Assembly (NCBI GenBank): GCA_963778155.1
Contig: CAVZTK010000021.1
Span: 351-64,350, forward strand
Direction of reading: 5' to 3'
Source: an uncultured Chloroflexia bacterium
GTDB lineage: Bacteria > Chloroflexota > Limnocylindria > Limnocylindrales > CSP1-4
Length of the DNA: 64,000 nt
Both the position numbers and the translations under genes were made by a program. Positions 29,420 through 39,349 of the stretch are shown piece by piece. Below the pieces are notes generated by a model. The model searched no databases and had not been told where the DNA came from. It worked only from the letters and a program-made list of their open reading frames with translations. Position 1 is the first letter of the stretch. Every line of letters begins with the position of its first letter.

Positions 29420-30103
29420 TCACTGGTCGTCGAAGCCCCCGGCACCGATGAGCGGGACGAAGATGCAGGCGCTGTCGGGCTCCTCGAGCCACTCGTCACC
29501 GTGCCGGGTGACGACCATCAGACGCTGGTGGTCGCGCGACCCGACCGGGATGACGAGCCGGCCCCCGTCGCGCAGCTGATCGCGGAGCGCCTGGGGGATG
29601 GCCGGCGCGGCGGCCGTGACGAGGATCCCGTCCCACGGAGCGCCATCCGGGTCGCCCAGGCTGCCGTCCGCCTCGCGGATCGTCACCGCGTCCCCGCTTC
29701 CCGCGGCATCCAATGCTGCACGTGCGTCCGGGATCAGCGACACCTGGCGCTCGAGCGAGGTGACCCGCGCGCCGAGCCAGGCCAGGATCGCCGCCTGATA
29801 GCCGGAGCCCGTCCCGATCTCGAGGATCCGATCGCCCGGGCGGACGGCCAGGTCCTCGGTCATCTTGGCGACCATGTACGGCTGGCTGATCGTCTGGCCC
29901 GCTCCGATGGGGAGGGCCGCGTCTGTGTAGGCGTCGTGCTGGATCGCGGCCGGGACGAACAGCTCGCGCGGGACCGCGCCCATCGCGGCGAGCACTCGTT
30001 CGTCGGCGATACCGCGGTCGCGCAGCTGTCGGGCGACCATCGCGGCGCGTGCCTGGGTTGGATCGTCGCCCGACCCGGTCATCGCCGCAAGGATGCGCCG
30101 CAC
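29420..30103 (-). CDS. pcm: Protein-L-isoaspartate O-methyltransferase
   Basis: Track ORF 29420..30103. Motifs: VPRELFVP, AYTDAALPIGAGQTISQPYMVAKMTE, RILEIGTGSGYQAAILA, DGILVTAAAPAIPQALRDQLRDGGRLVIPVG. Confidence 0.9.
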   Translation of the reverse strand: MRRILAAMTGSGDDPTQARAAMVARQLRDRGIADERVLAAMGAVPRELFVPAAIQHDAYTDAALPIGAGQTISQPYMVAKMTEDLAVRPGDRILEIGTGSGYQAAILAWLGARVTSLERQVSLIPDARAALDAAGSGDAVTIREADGSLGDPDGAPWDGILVTAAAPAIPQALRDQLRDGGRLVIPVGSRDHQRLMVVTRHGDEWLEEPDSACIFVPLIGAGGFDDQ

Positions 30104-30127
30104 CGATCGGGTCTCGTCAGCCTCGTC

Positions 30128-30835
30128 TCAGGACGGAGACGGGGATGGCGCGGTCGATGGGCTCGGGGTGGGTGCCACCGATGGTGCCTGGGAGGCGGAT
30201 GGCGCCGCGGATGCGGATGGCGCCGCGGATGCGGATGGCGCCGCGGACTCGGACGGCGCCGCGGATCCGGATGGTGTCGCCGAACCGGACGCAGCCGGTG
30301 ACTCGCTCGGCGCGACCGTCTCCGACGGGGTGGGCGCCGGCGTCGGGATCGGCGTCAGGAACCCGCCGTGGCCGCCGAACAGTCCATACAGGAGGATGCC
30401 GACGAAGATCACGACCGCGGCGATGACGAAGTACCGGGATGGCGTGTCACCGACCTTGACCGCGCGCTCGGATGGGGTCGGCGCGTGTGCCGGCGGGGGA
30501 GCCTGTCTCCCTCGGCGACGCCCGGTGGCCGATGCCGCTCCCGCGGCGCCGGCCGCTCCGGCGGCGCCCGCCGCGCCAGCCGCTCCGGCGCCCGCGGCGG
30601 CTGCGGGTACAGGGGCCGGTTCGACCTCAGCCTCGTCGGTGTCGTCGGCCTCGGCTTCGTCCCCGTCGTCGTCGGCTTCGCCTTCGGGCTCGTCGTCCAC
30701 CGCCTCGTCGCCGACGGGCTCCGGCTCGACCGCGGGCGCGGACTCGGGCTCCCGCTCCGGCGCGACCTCGGGCTCCGTGGGCTCGACTGGCTCGACGGGC
30801 GCCTCTTCGGGCGTGCCCTCGGGACGGTCTGTCAT
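30128..30835 (-). CDS. Low-complexity single-pass membrane protein: acidic Pro/Glu-rich N-terminus, one TM, Ser/Ala/Pro hexapeptide-repeat C-terminus
   Basis: Track ORF 30128..30835. N-terminus: PEEAPVEPVEPTEPEVAPEREPESAP, DDEPEGEADDDGDEAEADDTDEAE, (GAA)n. TM segment: YFVIAAVVIFVGILLYGLFGG. Tail: AAPSESAAPSASAAPSASAAPSAS. High GC3 in this frame. Confidence 0.6.
   Translation of the reverse strand: MTDRPEGTPEEAPVEPVEPTEPEVAPEREPESAPAVEPEPVGDEAVDDEPEGEADDDGDEAEADDTDEAEVEPAPVPAAAAGAGAAGAAGAAGAAGAAGAASATGRRRGRQAPPPAHAPTPSERAVKVGDTPSRYFVIAAVVIFVGILLYGLFGGHGGFLTPIPTPAPTPSETVAPSESPAASGSATPSGSAAPSESAAPSASAAPSASAAPSASQAPSVAPTPSPSTAPSPSPS
30195..30284. repeat. Five tandem 18-bp units (GCGGATGGCGCCGCGGAT and variants) inside the CDS
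   Basis: Units at 30195, 30213, 30231, 30249 and 30267, read directly. They encode the AAPSAS hexapeptide repeats on the minus strand. Confidence 0.85.
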
Positions 30836-30942
30836 TCGGTCGTGTCACTCCTGGCGGCCGCTGGGCTCATCGGGCGCGGCGCGGGCGCCAGTGTACCGAA
30901 GGCGCCGAGCCACCGTCCGCCTCCCATCCCGGCGAGTCCCGC

Positions 30943-33013
30943 TCAGGCATCGCGAACCGCCGGCACGGCCAGCCCGGCCAGACCGGCGCCCATCGTGACC
31001 AGCCCGAACGCCGCGATCACCGGCGCGGGTCCGAGCAGCTCACCGAGCACCGACCCCAGGAGCATCGCGATCGTCATCGACCCGAAGACCAGCGCGAACC
31101 GGATCCCGACGACACGACCCATCAGGGATGGCGGCGTGCGTTCCTGGAAGAGCGTCTGGCTCGGGATGATGAAGACCATGTTGGCGACACCCTGGCCGAA
31201 CGACAGACCGATCGCCACACCGAGGTTGCCGGTCATCGCGAACAGGAACACCAGCAGTCCCCAGACCGCGTACCCGGCGATGACCATCCGGCCCTTCGCG
31301 AAGCGCGACCCGACGAGTCCGATCACGAACCCGCCGATCAGGTTGCCGACGCCGAGCCCGGTCTCGAGGAAGCCGTACGCGGCCTGCCAGCCGAACTCGG
31401 ACGTCGTGAACGTCGCCTGGACGAAGCTCGGGGTCAGCGCGATCGCGATCCCGAGGCTGAACTGGCCGACGGCCCCTTGCAGCGTGTTCGCCAGCAACAC
31501 CGTCTCTTGCCGCAGGAACTGCCAGCCGGCCGCGAGCTCCGCGACGAAGCCCTCGCGCGCGGGCGCTGCCTTCGCTCGGACGGTGCCTTGGCATGGACGA
31601 CGATCGTGGCGATCAGCGCCGCCGACGCGAGGTACGTCGCGGCATCGACCCAGAACGCGATCGGGACGGCGGAGCCGAGCAGGAACACGAACAGGCCGGC
31701 CAGGGGATAGCCGATCACGTCGGCGATCGTCTCGGCCACCCAGAGCGCCGAGTTCGCGCTCAGCAGGTCCTCGTCGGGGACGATCTGCGGCAGGATGGCG
31801 ACGCGGGCCGGCCGGAAGAAGACCGAGATGCTGGTGACCAGGAAGATCAGCGGGTAGACCAGCACGATGTTGGTCACCGCCGCGATCGGCAGGATGAGCA
31901 CGATCCCGCCGCGCAGGATGTCGCTGACGACCATGACCTCCTTGTGGTCCCAGCGGTCGACGAACGTGCCCGCGATCGGGCTGAGCAGCAGGTTCGGGAG
32001 CGTGGCCGCGAAGAACACGAGCCCCGTGGCCAGCGCCGAGCCGGTCGAGATGGCGACGACGGCCACCAGCGCGAGCTGGTTGAGCCGGTCGCCGAACAGC
32101 GAGATGAGCTGGCCGGACCACAGCGCCGAGAACGAGCCGTTGAGCGCGAGCCGGACGTACGGGTGCTGGCGGACGCGCTCGACGGCCTCGACCGACGGGC
32201 GCGGGATCTCGATGACGTGCGTGCCCGGCGAGACGGTCGCCCCGGCGGTCCCCGCGCCGCCTTCGAAGCTCGCCAGCGAGGGCGACGCGAGGCCGGCACC
32301 GGCGCTGCCCATCACGAGCGGCCGTTCGAGCGCGACGGCGCCGGTCAGGGCCGGCGAGAGGCCGGTCTCGGCGCCGGGGTCGCCGGCGCGCAGCGGACGG
32401 CTCGAGCCGGTGAGATCGGCCAGGCGCTGGCGGATGGCCTCGAGCTGGGCCTCATCGAGCTCCTGCGGGACGCGCACGACCGCCGCGAACAGGAAGAAGC
32501 CGAGCCCGAACGTGAGGAACATGTCGCCGATCGATGCGACGTTCTGGATGATCGGCAACGGGATCGGGATGACGTCCGCGAACGGCCCCAGATGGAGCAG
32601 GAAGTTGGCGTCGAGCGGCGCCGGCAGGACGTAGTGGAGCGATGACGTCACGTCGGCCGGGGTCAGCCCGGCGATCTCGAGGCTCGTCACCCAGACCGGC
32701 ATGTAGCCGCCGTTGACGATGATCACGACCGCGTTGGCCAGCACCCCGATGAACGCGAGGCTGATGCCCGGGTAGTTGCGGTTCGGCCAGAGCGCGATCA
32801 GGAGGAGCACGAAGCCGCCGGCCAGGAGCGGCAGGCGGAGCGCCTCGACCATCGGGCACGCCCGCATTGAGCGCGAGCTCCGTCCCGAAGCGGACGAAGA
32901 CCGCGAGGATCAGCAGCGTCAGGCGCCGCAGCCGGATCGACCCGAGGTTGAGGAGGTCGCCGCCGGCGACGCAGGCCGAGGACCAGTCCGAGCGCGATCC
33001 CGCCGATCAGCAT
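30943..33013 (-). pseudogene. DUF5317-like membrane domain fused to an MFS transporter, three frame shifts (near 32960, 32860, 31580)
   Basis: The N-terminus MLIGGIALGLVLGL is in ORF 32798..33013. My shifted reading continues VAGGDLLNLGSIRLRRLTLLILAVFVRFG. Then MVEALRLPLLAGGFVLLLIALWPNRNYPGISLAFIGVLANAVVIIVNGGYMPVW. Within a single ORF (31434..32867) this runs on into the MFS N-terminus ALWSGQLISLFGDRLNQLALVAV...FVDRWDHKEVMVVSDILRG. The MFS C-terminal half is in ORF 30943..32121. Confidence 0.65.
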
Positions 33014-33147
33014 CGGCGCGGTTGGGCGAGGTTCACGACCGCATCATGCGGGGCGAGCGCAGCGATGTCGCCTCGGTCGAGCGACGTATCGATGAGCACT
33101 GGGACGGCTTCGCTGTCGAGGCGACAGCGGGGCGGCGAGTGCGGAGG

Positions 33148-34509
33148 TCAGACCCGCTCGGCCGGCGCACCGGCAGTGGCTTCCGCCCGGGCCGCCGTCA
33201 TCCGGTCGGCGGCCTGGCCGATCAGCGGGATCTGGCGCGGGCTCGTCGGTCGGCCGGGGTCCGGGATCCCGTGGACATGAGGCGTTCGGACGAAGGCGTC
33301 CACGACGACCGGATCGAACTGGACGCCGGCGAACTTGCGGAGCTCGGCGAGCGCCTGCTCGCTGGTCAGTGGCGTCATGCGATACGGCCGCGCCGCGGTC
33401 ATCGCCTCGAAGGCGTCGGCGACGTGCAGGATCCGGGCGAGCTTCGGGATCTCGTCGCCGATCAGGCGGTCCGGGTAGCCCGAGCCGTTGTACCACTCGT
33501 GATGGTGCCGGATGATCGGCAGCTCCGGCGCCAGCTTCTCGACCGGGGCGATGATCTGGGCGCCCAGGACCGGGTGCGAGTTCATGATGATCCGCTCCTC
33601 GCGGTTGAGCCGGTCCGGCTTGAGCAGCACCGCGTCCGGGACGCCGATCTTGCCGACGTCGTGGAGGAGACCGCCCCACTCGAGCGCCTCGAGCTCCGCG
33701 TCGTTGACCCGCATCACCCGCCCGATGTCCACGGCGATCGCCTTCACGTTCTGGCTATGCCGCGCGGTATACGGGTCGCGCTTGTCAACGGCCTCCGCCA
33801 ACGCCCCGATCGTCTGCGTGAACATGTCCCGCATCTCGACGAAGGCGCCTGGTCGCCTGACGCGTGGTCGTACAGAGGGAAGGGCGAACAGCAGCGCCGC
33901 CCACCATGCGATGGAGTACACGACGGCCATCAGCCACCCCAGAGGAGCAAGAGCCAGGTTGTTGAAAGCGGTCTCGCTTCGAGTCCCCCGAACAGACCGA
34001 CCGAAGCGTCTGGCCCGTTCGCAGTGCAAGAAGCGCGGATGCAATCGCGACGTTCAGCGCAAATAGCACCGTGGCGCCAGCCATCGTCGCGAGAAGACTG
34101 AGCGGCGGTTGATTCTCCGGCATGGCCAAGAGCTTTGAGGAGCGCGAGCTGGACGACGCCTCCGACGATTGCAGGCAGCGAGGCGCCGCGCGTGGTTTGC
34201 GAGGGTTCCGTACCACGGGATTCGACCGCGGAGCTCTCGCGAGTCTCCGTCGTCCCGATCGCTGCCACCCAGCCAGCGACAGCCGGACCTCCGAGAGACA
34301 TCGCGGCGACGATTGGAGCCATGGCCACTGCCTGATGTGATCCCACGTGGGAGGCGGACAGGCAGAGCAGAAGCCATCAGCGTTAGCACGGTCCAGAAGG
34401 CGATCCCGCCCAGGATCTGCAGCCCGGACGGGCCTGCGCCGACTGACGTTCCGGGCAACGACGGTAGAGCGCGATAGCGATCTGGGGTCGGGAAACACAA
34501 AAGTCGCAA
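33148..34509 (-). pseudogene. HD-GYP domain c-di-GMP phosphodiesterase with a multi-TM N-terminal domain; the catalytic part is intact and the N-terminal part is frame-disrupted
   Basis: ORF 33148..34044 contains DPYTARHSQNVKAIAVDIG, LLHDVGKIGVPDAVLLKP, IRHHHEWYNGSGYPDRL and ILHVADAFEAMTAARPYR. Upstream TM fragments lie in other frames: ILGGIAFWTVLTLMASALPVRLP, MAPIVAAMSLGGPAVAGWVAAIG, LLATMAGATVLFALNVAIASALLAL. Confidence 0.75.
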
Positions 34510-34593
34510 CCACGAGCGCCAAGGCGCTAAGGGTTACGACTCCTGCGATGGCATATCTTGAGGGACCGCGGCATCGAGTGCCTCGTACGCTGG

Positions 34594-34640
34594 GCGATTA
34601 CCCGAACTCTAATCGACCTGCCTAGGTGTCGGGTAATCGC
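34594..34640. repeat. Perfect 12-bp inverted repeat GCGATTACCCGA / TCGGGTAATCGC separated by 23 nt
   Basis: Read directly in the lower-GC intergenic stretch 34530-35020. Confidence 0.8.
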
Positions 34641-34825
34641 ACCAAACGTACTAGAAGCCTCGGAGTGACGCCCCGCCGGCCAGAGCGATCATGGCCACAC
34701 TTCGCGAGTGCGACCAAGACCCGCGAGAGCTTGGCCTTCATGATGAAGGTCCCCTACCAGGGCTTCTTGACGGCATTTCGGTGCCCACGCTCGATCCTCC
34801 TTGCGGCCTTCGCATCTCCCTCGGG

Positions 34826-34857
34826 AAACACGAAAACCGACCAGACTCATGGTCGGT
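34826..34857 (-). terminator. Rho-independent terminator-like hairpin downstream of the BTAD gene
   Basis: The minus strand reads ACCGACC ATGAGTCT GGTCGGT TTTCGTGTTT: a 7-bp stem followed by a T-rich tract. Confidence 0.5.
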
Positions 34858-35019
34858 CGGTTGCACTACTCACTCGGCTCCACCCTAAGTGCCCATTTCA
34901 GGTGGAGCTTCTGCGCGTCCGAGCGTTCTTGACGTTGCTTCCTAGTACTGGGGTACTACGAAGTTCCCGGACTATATGGATGCCGCACCGAACCGGTCAA
35001 TACGGCACCTTCCCTATCC

Positions 35020-35760
35020 CTACAGGGATTCGAGCGGCGGAGCCTCCAAGCCGAGCTGTTCCCGCATCGCGTTCGCGTAGTGCGCGTACTGCTCAGCCGC
35101 AGCGGCGTGTGCACCGCTCGCTCGGTAGAGTCTGAGCAGGGACAGCTCGACCTGTTCGGCCGTTGGATCCACGTCGAGGACCCGCCGCGCCAGATGGATG
35201 CCCCTCTCGAAGTGCCCGGTCTCTAGGTCGTCGCTGACCGCCCGCTCGACGATCTCCAGGTACGAGGCGTGCAGCCAGTCTCGATACGGGGCCGCCCACT
35301 CCTCGTACTCGAAATCGAGCGCAAATCGCCCTCGGTAGGCCGCGACGAGGTCCGACACCTGATCCGGCGACGGAATTGGCTGGAAACGACTTCATGAGCG
35401 TTCGACATTGATTGCTACGGCTAGCAACCAGCTCCGTGTCGAGCCAGATCAGGTCCGAATTCGTGATGGACGTATCCGGGCGACAGGTCGTCGACGTACT
35501 CCTCCTCGATCACTCGTCGAAGGAAGTAGACCGTCTGGTTTAGGGAGTTGAGGGCGTCGGCCGGGTCCAGCTCGGGCCACAGTCCCTCAAGGACCTGATC
35601 GCTCGTGCTGGACATGTCGGGTCGCGTCAGCAGAAAACAGAGGAGTGCGAGGACCTTGCGCCGAAAGCTTGAGCCGGAAATCATCCCGTTCGCCGATTAG
35701 GATTGACACTCGGCCTTGGTCTTCCACCATCACACGGTCCGCCAATTGCCTGGACAGCTG
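35020..35760 (-). pseudogene. Winged-helix (OmpR/SARP-type) plus BTAD transcriptional-activator module, frame-disrupted; probably the C-terminal part of the upstream STAND regulator
   Basis: The wHTH is in ORF 35421..35684: KVLALLCFLLTRPDMSSTSDQVLEGLWPELDPADALNSLNQTVYFLRRVIE. The BTAD is in ORF 35020..35358: YRGRFALDFEYEEWAAPYRDWLHASYLE...VDPTAEQVELSLLRLYRASGAHAAAAEQYAHYANAMREQLGLEAPP. Confidence 0.65.
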
Positions 35761-36217
35761 GCGTCCTAGAGCCCGACGCACCACGAAGCTTCCGTTGGCG
35801 CTTGGCAAAGGCGCGTAGCCGAACGATGTCGGATCGGTCGCCAATGCTTTCGAGCAGGCGCGCGGCCGAGAGACCGGATCCGGACTCGGCATCGTCGACA
35901 ACTCGACGAAGGGCGAACCGCCATCGCCCGGGATGTGAACTTGAGCGACAGACTTCAGTGCGCTGGACCGTTTGCTCGTCGAGGTCGTCGAGCCTTCGAG
36001 AGACGAGGTCTGCGACATAGCGTGACGTTCCATGGAGAGCTCACCGCGATCCGACGGATCGTGGCCCCGAACTCGTCACGGGTACCGTTCGCATCCGCGA
36101 GGAGTTCGGCGACACGTGGACCCATCGCGTCGCGCCCTGCTCTTGCGTGCCGGACGCGCGTCGATTGCGGCCGAACGAGCATCGACCGACTTGGAGACAA
36201 CATCAATGTAGGCGCCG

Positions 36218-38469
36218 TTACGCGTTCGAATGTCTTCTGACCCAGTAGGACGACGGCTGCGGCGACCTTTCAAGTTCGGCGAGGCACGCCCTGGCCTCGG
36301 CGACACGCCCACGACGACCGTGCAACCAGGCCATCTGAACCAAGGCGAGAGACTCGCGCGAGCACGTCCGATTCGCGATGTCGTCTGGAGCGCGTCGAGG
36401 AACTGCCCCGCGCATTTCGGGATCGACGAAGCTATCGGCAATGTCTGCACGTTCGTAACGTGGACTTCCATCGGCTCGACCCGAACCGCCGCTTCGATTG
36501 CGATTCTGTCCTTCATCGACCCGACCAAGCATGGTCAGCGAGTATCCCTTCGCCATCATCGCGGCGGCGAGTTCAACCCGCGACGAGGTTTCCTCTAGGG
36601 CAAAGATTGCCTCGTTCGCCCAAGCCAGAGCGACGACTCGGCTGATCGGCGGCGATTGCAGACCAGAGCGCGGTTCAACATCGTGACGCCGTAGAAGTGA
36701 GGATGGATGCCGCGCTGGCGATTGGCCATGCGTCTCGAGATGCTGGTCCAAGCTGTCCGAAAGTGTCCTTCGTATTGGGCCTCGACCATCAGGTCCGTGC
36801 CATCCGCGATCAGGCTCAATTGCTCGTTCGATGTTGTTTCGCGCAATCGTCGGGCGTGCTCCAGCGATTCGCGGTCCAAATCCGACTTGGAAATAGGCGC
36901 TGATCAGATTGAGCAGTGCGTAGTCGCTCTCTTGGGAACCCGGTTCCACGGACTGTCGAGGATCGCATTGCGACCGCGGATCACTGGATCGTATCGGCGG
37001 TGCTGCATCTCGATCCGTGAAGTCACGAGGCCAAGACCCGGTAGACGCGCCTCCTCGGGGATCCGGTCGATCTCCTCGATGGCGGTCTGGTGCTGGCCAC
37101 CGCCCATGATCTCGGGGATCGCCGCGGCGATGGTCGACGCTACGGCCTCTGGGTCGCCGGCATGGCGGTAGTGGTAGGCCGCGACGCGCCAGTCGGAGGC
37201 AGCGGCCGCCTCAGCCACGACGCGGTGGAGTCCCGCGACCGCCTGCGTCGAGATCGTGGAGCGCAACCGTGCCTCGAGGAACTCGCGGACGAGCGGGTGA
37301 TAGCGCTGCGCGACACGCGCCGTTCGCGACGGCCGGGTCAGCAAGGTCAGCCGCTCGGCTGCGGCACTCAGACGGCCCACCTCGAGTGGGTCCAGTCCGG
37401 TGACGACCCCGGCCAGCTCGGCCGACACGACCTGGAGGATCGAGGTCCGCATCAGGAACTGCTGGAGATCCTCCGGAAGATCGCCGACGACCTCTTCGGC
37501 CAGGTAGTCGTACAGCTCCTGGTCGGCACCGGTCAGACCACGGACGAAGCGCCGGATGTCCGCCGGCGAGCGATCGCGCAAGGCCGCCTGCACGAGCTGG
37601 AGGGATGCGGCCCAGCCTTCGGTCCGCGCGGCGACATCGGCCAGCACGTCTGGTTCGAGCTCCCGCCCGTACGTCTCGGAGAACAGACGGGCGGTCTCGG
37701 TCGCGTCGAACCGGAGGTCATCCGTGTTGAGCTCAGCGACCTCGCCAGAGGCACGCATCCGAGCCAACGGGATGCTCGGCACTCGACGGCTGGCAAAGAT
37801 GATCGACAGTCGGTCGGGCGCTCGCGCGACGAGCTCACGGGCGATCAGGCGGACATCGGGCGACTCGTCGACGAGGTGGAAGTCATCGAGGATGAGCACC
37901 GCACCGCGCTCGGCGATCGACGGCAGCTCCCGCAGGAAGACCTCGGTCGCGGCTTCCCGTGTGGGGCCGCCCATCGACAGGTCGCCGAGCATCGCCGCGG
38001 ATGTCGGCGCGAATCCCGGATCGTGCTCTCGGCCGGCCGCGATGAGGTGGCTGATGAACGAGATCCAGTCACGGTCGTCGTCGTCGAGCCGATACCAGAT
38101 CGTCCGCAGCCTCGTCCGACGCGAGAAGTCGGCGAGGAGCGTGGTCTTGCCGTAGCCGGCATCGGCGAGGACGAGAACGACACGCTGATGGACCTTGGCG
38201 GCCAGCCAATCGAGCAGGCGGTCGCGCGCGAGGGTCTGGTCCCGAAGCGCCGGGCGCTGGACCTTCGCGAGCTGGATCGGGTAACCGTTCATCACGTCGC
38301 CGTGGGCTCCATGCGACATCGAACCGGCTCCGGCATGCCCCGCGCCGGCGACGATCGGTCTCCACGCTCCGGGCTCCTGGGCAGGCCGCGGAATGGGAGG
38401 AGGCGCGAACGATACGGACTGGCCGCTCAGCGTGTCAACGAGCGAATCGCGTCCGGGCATGCGCCCCAT
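36218..38469 (-). pseudogene. STAND/AAA-type NTPase with a TPR-like region (MalT/AfsR-like regulator); the NTPase part is an intact ORF and the TPR part is frame-disrupted
   Basis: ORF 36904..38469 has Walker A (VVLVLADAGYGKTTLLADF), Walker B (AVLILDDFHLVDE) and TEGWAASLQLVQAAL. TPR-like fragments lie in ORFs 36218..36949 and 36595..36879: ESDYALLNLISAYFQV, ALAWANEAIFALEE, SLALVQMAWLHGRRGRVAEARACLAELE. Confidence 0.7.
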
Positions 38470-38505
38470 CTTGGCGCCGACCGCTCACCCGCCGGTTAGC
38501 TGCGA

Positions 38506-38709
38506 CTAGCCCTCGTATTCGAAGCCGATCTTGACCTCGACGCGGTACTCGACGATCTCGCCGTCGGCGACGATGGCGGTCGACTTCACGACCTCGACCG
38601 TCTGGATGTTGCGGACGGTCTTCGACGCGGTGGCGACCGCCTGGCGGGCGGCGTCGCTCCATGACCGCGGACTCGTGCCGACCATCTCGCGGATGATGAT
38701 GACGCCCAC
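38506..38709 (-). CDS. Dodecin-family flavin-binding protein (67 aa)
   Basis: GTG 38709 is preceded by AGGAGGAGG at 5 nt. This start lies within track ORF 38506..38745. Sequence: VGVIIIREMVGTSPRSWSDAARQAVATASKTVRNIQTVEVVKSTAIVADGEIVEYRVEVKIGFEYEG. Confidence 0.8.
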   Translation of the reverse strand: MGVIIIREMVGTSPRSWSDAARQAVATASKTVRNIQTVEVVKSTAIVADGEIVEYRVEVKIGFEYEG

Positions 38710-38827
38710 GGCTGCCTCCTCCTGCTGCTGACGGGCCGCCATCATGACACGAGGCCGACCCGTTTCCGGGCCGGCCTCGTGGCTGCTCAGGGGATTCGGC
38801 GTTGGGCGCGCCGCGCGGACCGATCGG

Positions 38828-39184
38828 CTAGACGGAGGCCGCCGCGGTCAGCGTGCCGGCTCGAACCTTGTCGAAGCACGTGCTGCAATAGACGGGTCGA
38901 TCGTTCCGTGGCGCGAATGGCACGACGGCCTGACCCCCGCAGGCCCCGCACACCGCGGCGTGGAACTCTCGTGGGCCCTCGGCGGAGCGTGCGCGCTTGG
39001 CGACCGCCCGGCAGGAGGGACACCGTTGGGGGTCGTTGGTCAACCCCTTGCTCGAGAAAAAGGCCTGCTCGCCGGCCGAGAAGTTGAACTCCTCGGTGCA
39101 ATCGCGACAGGTCAAGGTACGGTCCTGGTACACCCTCTCCAGACCCTCCTGCGCTCGCCCGCGTTGACGGATCGCCCGCGACAC
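38828..39184 (-). CDS. Zinc-ribbon domain protein (two CxxC...CxxC modules); alternative start GTG 39133
   Basis: Track ORF 38828..39184. Modules: CRDCTEEFNFSAGEQAFFSSKGLTNDPQRCPSCR and CGACGGQAVVPFAPRNDRPVYCSTCF. Confidence 0.65.
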   Translation of the reverse strand: MSRAIRQRGRAQEGLERVYQDRTLTCRDCTEEFNFSAGEQAFFSSKGLTNDPQRCPSCRAVAKRARSAEGPREFHAAVCGACGGQAVVPFAPRNDRPVYCSTCFDKVRAGTLTAAASV

Positions 39185-39349
39185 CGAGTGGGGACGGGTC
39201 GGCGACGGACGCGCGTTTCAAGGGGTGCGCGCCCGGTCGAACCCGGGCTCGGAGCCCGGAACTCATAGCCGTGAAGATACGCGCGCCGTCAAGCCCTGCG
39301 ACAGCCCTGATCTGCTACGCGGACGGCCGCCCGCGACTCCGCCGTCCTT

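Noticed and set aside
30195-30284. Possible CRISPR-like array from regularly spaced 18-bp repeats (also at 63401-63489)
   Set aside because: The units are directly adjacent with no spacers. They lie in frame inside coding sequences and encode hexapeptide repeats.
34620-34745. Small minus-strand ORF MKAKLSRVLVALAKCGHDRSGRRG... with vague HicA-like flavour in the low-GC gap
   Set aside because: It is only 39 codons with a weak RBS and no partner antitoxin. The similarity is too weak to support a call.
34500-38469. Mobile element or genomic island, or STAND-type antiphage (Avs-like) system
   Set aside because: No integrase, transposase, tRNA target or direct repeats are seen. The NTPase is followed by TPR, wHTH and BTAD modules typical of transcription regulators, not by a nuclease or other effector domain.
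39236-39300. tRNA-like T-arm (CCCGG GTTCGA CCGGG followed by CGCGCACC) on the minus strand between dnaB and the zinc-ribbon gene
   Set aside because: Only about 64 nt can be fitted. There is no D-arm or anticodon arm, the acceptor stem has a mismatch and the T-loop is 6 nt. It is most likely a chance GC hairpin, or at best a tRNA remnant.
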